A stretch of 24,000 nt of DNA, taken from positions 143,145 through 167,144 of the forward strand of contig CAVZRV010000011.1 of the NCBI GenBank assembly GCA_963777605.1, written 5' to 3'. The stretch comes from an uncultured Acidobacteriota bacterium. GTDB lineage: Bacteria > Acidobacteriota > UBA6911 > RPQK01 > JAPXNP01. How positions within the stretch are numbered: position 1 is the stretch's first letter; each line of letters starts with the position of its first letter. Under the pieces are notes generated by a model. The model was not told where the DNA came from and did not search any database. It saw nothing but the letters and a program-made list of their open reading frames with translations. The translations under genes were made by a program, and so were the position numbers. Below, one piece after another: positions 15,265 to 23,971 of the stretch.

Positions 15265-16818
15265 CTACCGCGCGTAGTCGACAACTCTCATCTCCCGGAT
15301 CAGAGTCACCTTGATCTGACCGGGATAGTCCAGTTCCTTTTCGATCTTCTTGGCGATGTCCTTGCTCAACCAGAATGCCTGGTCGTCCGAGATTTTCCCG
15401 CTTTCGACGATCACGCGGATCTCGCGCCCCGCCTGGAGTGCGAACGCCTTCGTCACACCGTCAAAGGAACCAGCCAACTCCTCAAGCTTTTCGAGTCGCC
15501 GCACATAGCTTTCCAGTACTTCCCGGCGGGCCCCGGGCCGCGCCGCCGAAATCGCGTCGGCTGCCTGAACAAGAACGGCTTCGGTGGTTCTGAACTCAAC
15601 GTCAAAGTGGTGGGCTTCGATGGCGTGAATGACGTCTTCCGTTTCGCCGAACTTGCGGGCCAGTTCGACACCGAGCTGAAGGTGTGTTCCTTCCATGTCA
15701 CGATCGACGGCCTTCCCGATATCGTGCAGGAGTCCGGCTCGCCGGCACACGTCAACACTGGCACCGACCTCCCGGGCCATGATTCCGGCGAGATAGGCGA
15801 CGTCCCGGCTGTGATTGAGGACATTCTGCCCGTAGCTCGTTCTGTACTTGAGTCGTCCCAACATCTGGAGAAGCTGGTCGTTGAAGTTGTGGATTCCCAG
15901 TTCAAAGGCGACCTGCTCGCCCTCCTCCTTGAGCTGCTTGTCGAACTCGGACGCGACTTTGGCAACGACTTCTTCGATCCGGGCCGGGTGGATCCGCCCA
16001 TCCCGAATCAGCCGCTCGATCGAGACGCGGGCGATTTCCCGGCGGAGGGGGTTGAAGGCCGAGAGAATCACGGCCTCGGGTGTATCATCGACAATCAGGT
16101 CAACTCCCGTGGCCTGCTCGAGCGCGCGGATGTTGCGCCCTTCCCTGCCGATGATCCGACCCTTCATCTCCTCCGAAGGGAGATCTACGACTGAAACACT
16201 CGACTCAACTACGTGCTCCGCGGCGCATCTCTGAATCGCCTGGGCCACGATCTTGCGCGCCTCGATCTCAGAGCGCTCCTTGGCCTCATCTTCTATTCGC
16301 TTGGCGAGAATGGCACCATCACGCAGCGCTTCGCTCTCAATCGCATTCAGGAGCGATTTCTTGGCCTCTTCGGCGGTCATCCCGGCCACCTGCTCCAGCT
16401 GGTGGGTACGCTCCTCGACCAGGACAAGCAGTCTCGCCTCGGATTCCTCGGCCTCGACTTCCCGGCGTTTAAGGTTGCGAATCCGCTGGTCGGTCTCGCG
16501 CCGCTTGCGCTCCGCTCTGCGAAGCTCACGTCGAAGCATCTGTTCCTTTTCGCCGACCCGGTGTTCCAGTTCCGCGATCTTCCTCCGCTGTTCCTGAATC
16601 TCTTTCTCTGCGGCAACCCGCCACTGAAAGATCTCGTCTTTTGCCTCGAGCAGGCGTTCCTTTTTGACTCGTTCAGCGTCCTGACGGGCCGCTTCCTTGA
16701 TCTCAGCCGCATCTTCGGCAGCCCGCTTGAGCCGCTTGTCCACTACCCGTAACTTGACGAGGACCCAAACGACAATGGCGGCAGCCGCCACAATCGCCAA
16801 TATCCAATCTTCCCGCAT
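15265..16818 (-). CDS. rny: Ribonuclease Y
   Basis: 517 aa. N-terminal TM helix ([16 protein letters not shown]), a long Glu/Arg/Lys coiled coil, a KH domain ([15 protein letters not shown]) and an HD domain (GLLHDIGKA). AGGGGGA SD lies 7 nt upstream of the ATG. Confidence 0.95.
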   Translation of the reverse strand: MREDWILAIVAAAAIVVWVLVKLRVVDKRLKRAAEDAAEIKEAARQDAERVKKERLLEAKDEIFQWRVAAEKEIQEQRRKIAELEHRVGEKEQMLRRELRRAERKRRETDQRIRNLKRREVEAEESEARLLVLVEERTHQLEQVAGMTAEEAKKSLLNAIESEALRDGAILAKRIEDEAKERSEIEARKIVAQAIQRCAAEHVVESSVSVVDLPSEEMKGRIIGREGRNIRALEQATGVDLIVDDTPEAVILSAFNPLRREIARVSIERLIRDGRIHPARIEEVVAKVASEFDKQLKEEGEQVAFELGIHNFNDQLLQMLGRLKYRTSYGQNVLNHSRDVAYLAGIMAREVGASVDVCRRAGLLHDIGKAVDRDMEGTHLQLGVELARKFGETEDVIHAIEAHHFDVEFRTTEAVLVQAADAISAARPGARREVLESYVRRLEKLEELAGSFDGVTKAFALQAGREIRVIVESGKISDDQAFWLSKDIAKKIEKELDYPGQIKVTLIREMRVVDYAR

Positions 16819-17062
16819 ATGCTAATCCCCCTGACTGTGCTCGAGGGCTACTGAAGGAGGGCTGTAACAGGAGAGAAAATACCCCCGCTTTGCCGTGTGA
16901 TCGCCGCAATGAACCTGGCGAACCAGGTGGGTTCTCTGCCTTCCCTCCCTCGGGAGTGAAGGACTCCGAGATCCCGTTTCTTGAGTGTTGGCTCAATTAC
17001 AGCTAAACCATCACCTGCATTGCAGGGGCCGGTTCAATTGTAAACCAAAAACCAGTCAGCGC

Positions 17063-17362
17063 TCAGCGAGACGAGTCGGACACGCCAGTCAATCGGTCGA
17101 TCAGTCGCTCGATCCGAACGGAAAGATCACCGTCGATTAGATCGAGTTCCCGCCGGGCGGTCAGGCATTCATCGGCGAGGTTGAGAGCAGCCAGAATAGC
17201 CACTTTCAACGTGTCCACCGTGGGCGTCAGTTCCGCAACCTCATTCATCTTTTGGTCGAGCAATTCAGCCAGCTTCTGCACGTACTCCGGATCGCTGCAA
17301 CGAACGTCATATGAGTGATTGAATATCTGAACTTTAGTGACCAATCCTGCCCTGTCGTCCAT
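17063..17362 (-). CDS. zapA: Cell division protein ZapA
   Basis: 99 aa. VQIFNHSYDVRC...YVQKLAELLDQKMNEV...LKVAILAALNLADE matches the ZapA pattern (v.I.G..Y.l.c ... A..ld.km ... vmaALNla.E). Confidence 0.85.
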   Translation of the reverse strand: MDDRAGLVTKVQIFNHSYDVRCSDPEYVQKLAELLDQKMNEVAELTPTVDTLKVAILAALNLADECLTARRELDLIDGDLSVRIERLIDRLTGVSDSSR

Positions 17363-17390
17363 CCCGGACCGCGCTCCACGATTCTCCCTG

Positions 17391-17645
17391 CTATATAGGT
17401 TGCTCCAAAACAGAGATATGTTCCCTTATACGCTCTATCCGCCTGCCAATTTCAGCACGTTTCCGCTTCGACTCTTTCAGCTGCCTAGTTTTGGCCTCGT
17501 TATCCTGCTTCAGCCCCTCCAATTCCTCCAAGAGCTTTTCCGTACTAGCCCTGAGTCGTGCGTTCTCCTGCCTCAACTCTTCGTGTTCGCGAGAGAAACG
17601 TTCCAGGATCCCTTCGAGTTCCTGAAGACGCTCTGTTACCTGCAA
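17391..17645 (-). CDS. Small coiled-coil protein (ZapB-like?) upstream of zapA
   Basis: The track ORF 17391..17780 overlaps the pheT 3' end and its first about 45 residues look non-protein-like. An in-frame TTG at 17645 follows GGAGG by 7 nt. It yields 84 aa of heptad-rich Glu/Leu/Arg/Lys sequence (QVTERLQELEGILERFSREHEELRQENARLR...). The start choice and ZapB-like label are inference. Confidence 0.5.
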   Translation of the reverse strand: MQVTERLQELEGILERFSREHEELRQENARLRASTEKLLEELEGLKQDNEAKTRQLKESKRKRAEIGRRIERIREHISVLEQPI

Positions 17646-17715
17646 ACCCAAACCTCCAACTGTCCAGGTACCTCGCCTATGGCGATGGTCTTCAATCCCA
17701 CCGGCGCGGACCGCC

Positions 17716-19785
17716 CTAGCGCATCTCAATCGCAAAACTCTCGCGGAGTCCTGCCACAGCCAAATCGCAGCGCTCGGCAATCTCGGCCTGGGTCAAAGTA
17801 CGACCTGGCGCCTCGAAAGTTAAACGCACAGTTAGACTTACTTTACTTTGGGGAAGACCAGAACCGTGATAGAGATCGATCAATCGAAACGCTTTAAGCT
17901 CAGGAATCTTGAGTGCCTGAACCTGCGAATCTATTTTATTGAACGACACAGTCTTGTCAAGCAAGAAAGACAAATCCCGGTAAACTGGCTGAAAGCGGGC
18001 GAGGCTTTCAAAATGCGGGGTTGCCAGCGGTTGCTGATAAAGCGCGTCCAGAGAGAGTTCGCAGTAGAACGCCCGGTCGGTGAGCTTGAACTCCTCCGCA
18101 AGTCGCGGATGAAACTCCCCCATGACGCCCAGGACATCTCCCGAATCTGAGCAGAGCCGGGCGGCCGCTCCAGGGTGCATAAATGGGACGTCGCTCGCCG
18201 GCATCCACACCACCGGGCAGTCAAATCGTTCGAGCAGAGCTTCGACCATTCCTTTGACATGGAAGAAGTCCAACTTCTCGACAGATCGGCTCCAGTGGGG
18301 ATTCAGGAAGTCACCAAGGGCGATCAGCGCCAGCATCGGCACCTGCACCACGCCAGGATCCGCCTCCCGACTGGGTCGATAGACGGCTCCAATCTCAAAC
18401 AGGCGAATATTCCGGCTCCCGAAATTGAGGTTCCGCCGAACCGATTCCATCAACCCCGGCAGGAGTGTGCTGCGCAGGTGCGTGTCCAAGTCGGTCAGTG
18501 GATTGGCGAGAGCGACCAGATCCGGCTCGCGGCCCAGGAAATTGGCTTCGCGCTGTGGGTTCGAGAACGCATAGTTGGACGCCTGGAAGAACCCCATGTC
18601 CACCAGGGTGTCCTCCAGCAAGCGGTCGTGCCCGTCGGTTTCGTGTGCCTTACCTGCCTGCGGAGGTCGCGGATAGCTCGAAGGAATCCGCTCGTAGCCG
18701 ATATGACGGGCGATCTCTTCAACCAGATCGTCCTCCACCCCAATGTCACGGCGGAAGCTCGGCCCCTTGACCACAAGAGCGTCGCCTTCAACCCTCCTTG
18801 GCTGAAACTCGAGTCGCTCCAGGACCTCCGAGGCATCGTTCAGATTAACATCGATCCCTAACACCTGCCGCACCCGCTTCTGACGAATCGTGAACTCTTC
18901 CGGGCGGTATGGAAGCGGATTGACATCGATCACGTCTCCGACACATTTGCTGCCGCAGTATTCCTCGATCAGCCGACAGGCCAGGTTCAACGCCTTAACC
19001 GGCATTTCGGGATCGGCGCCCCGTTCGAACCGGTACGAAGCTTCCGTTGACAGTCCCAGGCTTTTTGATGTCTGCCTGATCGAGCCGGGGTCGAAGTAGG
19101 CACTCTCCAGGAGAATCGTATCCGTTCCATCACCGATCTCGCTATCCTCTCCGCCCATCACACCGGCAACCGCGACCGGGCGTGATCCATCACAGATCAT
19201 CAACATGGACTCGGTCAACTCGCGGCCTACCCCATCCAGCGTCCGGATCCCTTCCCCGACACGGGCCCTCCGCACCACGATCCGACGGCGCTCAAGCTTG
19301 TAATAATCGAAGGCATGCAGAGGCTGCCCCAGTTCGAAGAGAATGTAATTGGTGATGTCGACGACGTTGCTGATCGGCCGCTGGCCGACCGCTTCCAGCC
19401 GCCGTTTGAGCCAGTCGGGCGATTCTCCGATTCGAACCCCGGTCAGGACCCGACCTGAATACCGCGGACACAACTCGGGATCCTCGATTTCGATCGACAT
19501 CGGAAACTCAGCCGTGCACGAGTCGTCGGTCTCGGGCGGAGTGAAGTCCGGAGCACGCAACTTCAGACGGTACTGTGCCGCCAACTCGCGGGCGACCCCC
19601 AAGTGATTCAGACAGTCTGGACGGTTCGTTGTCACGTCGACGTCGAAAACGAAATCGTCTCCTGACGGCTCGACCAGGTCCACAGCCAGACCGACCATGG
19701 TCAAGGACCGCGCCAAGTCTTCCGGCTGCAGCCCCATGATGTCGATGTCCACAAAGGTCTGGAGCCAATTCAAGCTGATTTTCAT
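17716..19785 (-). CDS. pheT: Phenylalanine--tRNA ligase beta subunit, short form lacking the N-terminal OB-fold tRNA-binding domain
   Basis: 689 aa. MKISLNWLQTFVD..., B3/4 (PRYSGRVL...DITNYILFELGQPLHAFD), B5, and a FDX-ACB-like C-terminus. The sequence goes directly from LAVDLVEPSGDD to FVFDVDVTTNRPDCL, where E. coli PheT has about 100 aa of tRNA_bind/OB domain. Confidence 0.95.
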   Translation of the reverse strand: MKISLNWLQTFVDIDIMGLQPEDLARSLTMVGLAVDLVEPSGDDFVFDVDVTTNRPDCLNHLGVARELAAQYRLKLRAPDFTPPETDDSCTAEFPMSIEIEDPELCPRYSGRVLTGVRIGESPDWLKRRLEAVGQRPISNVVDITNYILFELGQPLHAFDYYKLERRRIVVRRARVGEGIRTLDGVGRELTESMLMICDGSRPVAVAGVMGGEDSEIGDGTDTILLESAYFDPGSIRQTSKSLGLSTEASYRFERGADPEMPVKALNLACRLIEEYCGSKCVGDVIDVNPLPYRPEEFTIRQKRVRQVLGIDVNLNDASEVLERLEFQPRRVEGDALVVKGPSFRRDIGVEDDLVEEIARHIGYERIPSSYPRPPQAGKAHETDGHDRLLEDTLVDMGFFQASNYAFSNPQREANFLGREPDLVALANPLTDLDTHLRSTLLPGLMESVRRNLNFGSRNIRLFEIGAVYRPSREADPGVVQVPMLALIALGDFLNPHWSRSVEKLDFFHVKGMVEALLERFDCPVVWMPASDVPFMHPGAAARLCSDSGDVLGVMGEFHPRLAEEFKLTDRAFYCELSLDALYQQPLATPHFESLARFQPVYRDLSFLLDKTVSFNKIDSQVQALKIPELKAFRLIDLYHGSGLPQSKVSLTVRLTFEAPGRTLTQAEIAERCDLAVAGLRESFAIEMR

Positions 19786-19806
19786 GGGAGCCTCGCAGGG
19801 AACCGC

Positions 19807-20838
19807 TTATCGAAACTGGCTCAGAAAGCGGAGATCGTTCTCGAAGAGCAGGCGGATATCGTCGATCTGGTATTTGAAGAGCGTAATCCGGTCGATTCCC
19901 ATTCCCCAGGCAAAGCCTGTGTAGCGCTCGGGATCGTACCCCACCCTCTGCAGAACCTTCGGATGTACCATCCCCGCCCCGAGGATCTCGACCCATCCGG
20001 TACGCTTGCAGACCCGGCAGCCCGAACCGGAGCAAAACACGCAGCTGATATCAACCTCGGCACCGGGTTCGACGAAGGGGAAGTAGCTGGGACGGAGGCG
20101 CACTCGAACGTCGGCGCGGAAAAGCTCGCGAAAAAAGACCTCGAGAGTTCCCTTCAGATCCCCGAGCGTAATCCCCTCGTCTACAACAAGCCCTTCCACC
20201 TGGTGAAACATCGGACTGTGAGTCGCGTCCACCGCATCGCGACGAAACACTCGGCCTGGCACAACGATCCGAACCGGCGGCTCGCGCCTTTCCATCGTGC
20301 GGATCTGCACAGGAGAAGTGTGGGCCCTCAAAAGGAGGTTCTGGTCGAGATAGAAGGTATCCTGGTCGTCGCGGGCCGGGTGGCCCTGCGGGATGTTGAG
20401 CGCTTCAAAGTTATAGTAGTCGGTTTCCACCTCCGGCCCCACCACGACTTCGAAGCCCATTCGGACGAAGACATCCGACATCTCCCGCCACATTCTGGAT
20501 ATCGGATGAAGGGCACCCCGCTCAAACTCAAATCCGGGCAAAGTGACGTCGATCCGCTCTTCGGTGAGTCGGCTCGACTCCTCAACCTGACGCAGCTTTT
20601 CCTGGAGCTGTTCCAGCTCGTCGTCGACCTGCCCCTTGACCAAGTTGAGCAGTTGCCCCATCTGCGGGCGCTCGTCCGCAGGCAACTGACCCAGCTTGCG
20701 CATTTCCAAGGCCAGGAGGCCGCGCTGCCGACTAAGATACCGATCGCGCACCTCAGTCAACTGCTCCAGGCTTGAAACTCCCCTGAGATCTTCTCGGAAG
20801 GCGTCCAGGAGCGGGTGAGAAACCTCGGTCACAGCCAC
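19807..20838 (-). CDS. pheS: Phenylalanine--tRNA ligase alpha subunit
   Basis: 343 aa. N-terminal coiled coil, class-II core motifs (HPARDDQDTFY, RAHTSPVQIR, FRRD...D.THSPMFHQVEG, GAGMVHPKVL). The GTG start directly abuts the rplT TAG. Confidence 0.95.
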   Translation of the reverse strand: MAVTEVSHPLLDAFREDLRGVSSLEQLTEVRDRYLSRQRGLLALEMRKLGQLPADERPQMGQLLNLVKGQVDDELEQLQEKLRQVEESSRLTEERIDVTLPGFEFERGALHPISRMWREMSDVFVRMGFEVVVGPEVETDYYNFEALNIPQGHPARDDQDTFYLDQNLLLRAHTSPVQIRTMERREPPVRIVVPGRVFRRDAVDATHSPMFHQVEGLVVDEGITLGDLKGTLEVFFRELFRADVRVRLRPSYFPFVEPGAEVDISCVFCSGSGCRVCKRTGWVEILGAGMVHPKVLQRVGYDPERYTGFAWGMGIDRITLFKYQIDDIRLLFENDLRFLSQFR

Positions 20839-21192
20839 CTACAGAGCCTGTCTTGCCGTCTCAGCCAGCCTCTCGAATCCCTTGGGGTCCCGGAACGCGA
20901 TGTCGGCCAGAGCCTTCCGATTCAGCTCGACACCGGCAACCCGAAGCCCATGCATCAACTGGCTGTACGACAATTCAAACTGGTGAGCCGCAGCGTTGAT
21001 GCGAATGATCCACAACCTCCGGAAATCGCGCTTCTTCTGGCGGCGATCCCGATAGGAATAGGCCATCGACCGCATCACCTGCTCTTTGGCAGCTCGGTGC
21101 AGCTTGCTCTTGGTTCCCCAGTAACCCTTGGCCTGCTGAAGAATCTTCTTGCGCCGTTTTACTCTCTTGTTGCCTCTTTTTACTCTCGGCAT
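20839..21192 (-). CDS. rplT: 50S ribosomal protein L20
   Basis: 117 aa. [68 protein letters not shown] is unmistakably L20. Confidence 0.97.
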   Translation of the reverse strand: MPRVKRGNKRVKRRKKILQQAKGYWGTKSKLHRAAKEQVMRSMAYSYRDRRQKKRDFRRLWIIRINAAAHQFELSYSQLMHGLRVAGVELNRKALADIAFRDPKGFERLAETARQAL

Positions 21193-21207
21193 CGGTTTGC
21201 CCCACCC

Positions 21208-21399
21208 TTACATATTCAGCATCAACTTGACCCGCTTCTCGTCGCCGGAAGAGACTACCGCCCACTTGGCCAAGTTTCGTTTTCGCTTTGATGACTTCTT
21301 AGTCAAGATATGGCTCGCATACGCATGGCGCCTTCGGATCTTCCCCGTACCGGTTAATCGGAACCGCTTCGCCGCAGCCTTTTTCGTCTTCATCTTCAT
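21208..21399 (-). CDS. rpmI: 50S ribosomal protein L35
   Basis: 63 aa. [43 protein letters not shown] matches L35, with GGGAGA SD upstream. Confidence 0.95.
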   Translation of the reverse strand: MKMKTKKAAAKRFRLTGTGKIRRRHAYASHILTKKSSKRKRNLAKWAVVSSGDEKRVKLMLNM

Positions 21400-21519
21400 G
21401 ACACAAATCTCCCAACCAGCCTCTTACCCTGGAAGAAGCAAAAGATGGATTGTACCAGAAAACAGGAAGCTCAGTGGAAGAACGGCCACCGAACCTGCGA
21501 GGCCCCTTCCCCGGGTGGA

Positions 21520-22029
21520 TCAGGCCTTCTTTGGTGTCAGAATCATGGTCATCGTGTAGCCGTCCAGTTTGGCCGACCGCTCAACCGCAGCGATTTCAGC
21601 AAGGTCGGCACACAGACGCTGAAGAATCTCGTACCCGATTTCCGGATGCGTCACCTCCCGCCCCCGGAACATCACCGTCGCCTTGACCTTGTTTTGCGAG
21701 TTGAGAAAACGGATGGCATGATTTCTCTTGAACTCGTAATCGTGATCATCAATCTTGGGCCGAAACTTCACTTCCTTGAGGACGACCGTCTTCTGATGCT
21801 TCTTTGCCTCGTGAGCCTTCTTGTTTTGCTCGTAGAGGTATTTGCCGTAATCCATGATTCGGCAGACGGGCGGATTCGCCGTGGGAGCGACTTCGACCAG
21901 ATCGAGTCCCTTGGAATCGGCCAACGGCCGCGCCTCGTCGGGCGTCATAATCCCGAGTTGCTCGCCGGCTTCATCGATTACACGGATTTCACGAGCCCGG
22001 ATCTGATGGTTGACTCTAGTTCTGACGAT
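21520..22029 (-). CDS. infC: Translation initiation factor IF-3, non-canonical ATC start
   Basis: The track ORF starts at ATG 21948. The same frame upstream encodes the conserved IF-3 N-domain (IVRTRVNHQIRAREIRVIDEAGEQLGI). There is no ATG/GTG/TTG between the in-frame TGA (about 22066-22068) and 21948. ATC 22029-22027 sits 7 nt after a perfect AAGGAGG. Confidence 0.88.
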   Translation of the reverse strand: MVRTRVNHQIRAREIRVIDEAGEQLGIMTPDEARPLADSKGLDLVEVAPTANPPVCRIMDYGKYLYEQNKKAHEAKKHQKTVVLKEVKFRPKIDDHDYEFKRNHAIRFLNSQNKVKATVMFRGREVTHPEIGYEILQRLCADLAEIAAVERSAKLDGYTMTMILTPKKA

Positions 22030-22043
22030 GCTTGCGCCTCCTT
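22027..22043 (-). promoter_or_regulatory. infC: infC translation initiation region: AAGGAGG SD + 7-nt spacer + ATC start
   Basis: Minus strand reads ttcAAGGAGGcgcaagcATCgtc. Unusual AUU/AUC-class start codons on infC underlie IF-3 autoregulation in E. coli and many other bacteria (established knowledge). Confidence 0.7.
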
Positions 22044-22124
22044 GAAAATTCTTCGCTGATTGTTTACCCCCGACTCACCCCGAAATGGGGCTCCAGGGTA
22101 CGCTACACTATGCCCAAGTTATAT

Positions 22125-23939
22125 TTACGGTTTTACGGCCTTAGTATCAATCAATTTCTTGATGCCGGCGGCAAATTCGGAAATCCCCTGGGCACCGAGA
22201 TCGCCCTCGCTGCGACTGCGGACGGAAACCGAGCCACTTTCGACTTCTTTATCCCCAACCACCAGCATGAACGGGATCTTCTTCATTTGGGCATCCCGAA
22301 TCTTATACCCCAGCTTCTCGTTGCGGAGATCCGCCTTGACCCGAAGATCCTCGTCACTCAATCGATTCTCGACCTGGACGGCAAATTCGTGATGCCGGTC
22401 CGCGATCGGGATCACGACAGCCTGGACCGGTGCGAGCCAAACCGGGAAAGCGCCACCGTAATGCTCGATGAGCACTCCCATGAAGCGCTCCAGCGAGCCC
22501 AGCAGGGCACGGTGAACCATCACCACCTCGTGCTGCTTGGAGTCGGAACCCACGAAATTGACCCCAAAACGCCCGGGAAGGTTAAAGTCGAACTGAAACG
22601 TGCTCAACTGCCAGGACCGGCCCAGTGCGTCGATCAACTGAACGTCGATCTTGGGACCGTAGAACGCGGCATCCCCTTCGGCTCGCTGATACTCCCACCC
22701 CCGCTCGTTGAGGACTTCGACCAGAACTGACTCTGCATAGCCCCAGTCTTCCGGCTTGCCTGCGTAGTCATCAGAGCGAGCCGGGTCCCAGACCGAAAGA
22801 GTCACCTTGAACTCGTCAAAGCCAAAACTCTTCAGGATGCGGTCGGCCAGGTTGAGCGTGGCCTCAACCTCCTGCTTGACCTGATCGGGCCGGCAGAAGA
22901 TGTGGGCGTCGTCCTGCGTGAACCCCCGGACCCGCAACATGCCGTGGAGGGTCCCCGATTTCTCGAATCGATAAACCGTTCCGAACTCCGCCAGGCGGAT
23001 CGGGAGATCGCGATAGCTCCGAATATCCGACTTGTATATGAGGATATGTCCCGGGCAGTTCATCGGCTTCAGGACATATTCCTCCTCGTCTACCGGGAAC
23101 GTGTACATGTTCTCCAGGAAGTAGTCGTAGTGACCGGAAATCTTCCAGAGTTCGCTCTTCGCTATGTGGGGCGTGTAGACGAACTCATAGCCGTTCTTCC
23201 GCAACTCGCTGCGCAGAAAGTCTTCGATCACCCCCCGGACGATGGCCCCGTTCGGGAGCCAAAAGATCAGTCCAGGAGCAACCTCATCCTCAATCGAGAA
23301 GAGACTCAACTCCCGACCCAGCTTGCGATGGTCGCGCTTGCGTGCCTCCTCCAGCCGGGCCAGGTAATCCTCCAGTTCCTCTTCCGTAAAAAAGGCGGTA
23401 CCGTAGATTCGCTGAAGCTGCTCCCGATGCTCGTTGCCGCGCCAGTAGGACCCGGCTACCGACAGAAGGCGGAATGCTCCCAGTTCCTTCGTCGAACGAA
23501 CGTGCGGTCCGGTGCAGAAATCGACCAGCTTTCCGAGCCGGTAACAGGACAGCACTTCGTTCGCCCTGTCCTCAATTAACTCCTGCTTGAGTCCTTCGCC
23601 CCGATCCTCAAAGAAGCGGATCGCTTCATCTTTCGAGATGATCGAGGGTTCGTAGGGAAGGTCTTCAGACTGCAATTCGCGCATCCGTTCCTCAATGCGA
23701 CGCAGGTCTTCTTCCGCGAAACGATGCTCGGACTGAAAATCGTAGTAAAAACCGTCGCTCGTGGCGGGACCGATCCCGAGATGAGTGCCCGGAAACAGGT
23801 CCACGACAGCCAAAGCCATCAGGTGGGAACTTGAGTGGCGAAGCACTTCCAAGGCAGAGTCCCGATTGCCGAGGACATCGACGGTGCCATCACGGCGAAC
23901 CACTTCTAGAGCCAGTTGGTCCTTCATTATCGGTACCAA
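22125..23939 (-). CDS. thrS: Threonine--tRNA ligase with a truncated N-terminal TGS (N1) region
   Basis: 604 aa. Editing domain HSSSHLM...DFCTGPH, class-II catalytic core (RDHRKLG, FRFEKSGTLHGMLRVRGFTQDDAHIF) and an anticodon-binding domain. The start is TTG 23939 or ATG 23927. Only about 30 residues precede the editing-domain RHSxxH motif, versus about 70 in E. coli ThrRS. Confidence 0.95.
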   Translation of the reverse strand: MVPIMKDQLALEVVRRDGTVDVLGNRDSALEVLRHSSSHLMALAVVDLFPGTHLGIGPATSDGFYYDFQSEHRFAEEDLRRIEERMRELQSEDLPYEPSIISKDEAIRFFEDRGEGLKQELIEDRANEVLSCYRLGKLVDFCTGPHVRSTKELGAFRLLSVAGSYWRGNEHREQLQRIYGTAFFTEEELEDYLARLEEARKRDHRKLGRELSLFSIEDEVAPGLIFWLPNGAIVRGVIEDFLRSELRKNGYEFVYTPHIAKSELWKISGHYDYFLENMYTFPVDEEEYVLKPMNCPGHILIYKSDIRSYRDLPIRLAEFGTVYRFEKSGTLHGMLRVRGFTQDDAHIFCRPDQVKQEVEATLNLADRILKSFGFDEFKVTLSVWDPARSDDYAGKPEDWGYAESVLVEVLNERGWEYQRAEGDAAFYGPKIDVQLIDALGRSWQLSTFQFDFNLPGRFGVNFVGSDSKQHEVVMVHRALLGSLERFMGVLIEHYGGAFPVWLAPVQAVVIPIADRHHEFAVQVENRLSDEDLRVKADLRNEKLGYKIRDAQMKKIPFMLVVGDKEVESGSVSVRSRSEGDLGAQGISEFAAGIKKLIDTKAVKP

Positions 23940-23971
23940 GATAAATTAATCGCTCGATATGAGCAAAAAAA

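Noticed and set aside
14710-16194. 494-aa plus-strand ORF spanning ymdB and rny
   Set aside because: It is antisense to two unmistakable conserved genes and crosses their intergenic gap, with no recognisable domain. The same reasoning rejects 561..1442(+), 7665..8336(-), 11149..11931(-), 12024..12857(-), 18175..18861(+), 19963..20775(+), 22032..22730(+), 22902..23579(+) and 6475..7137(-).
21449-21457. Extended -10-like TGGTACAAT in the infC-rpmI spacer (possible internal promoter for rpmI-rplT, as in E. coli)
   Set aside because: There is no acceptable -35 at 17-19 nt (CCACTG/TTCCAC). The single motif cannot be distinguished from chance without TSS data.
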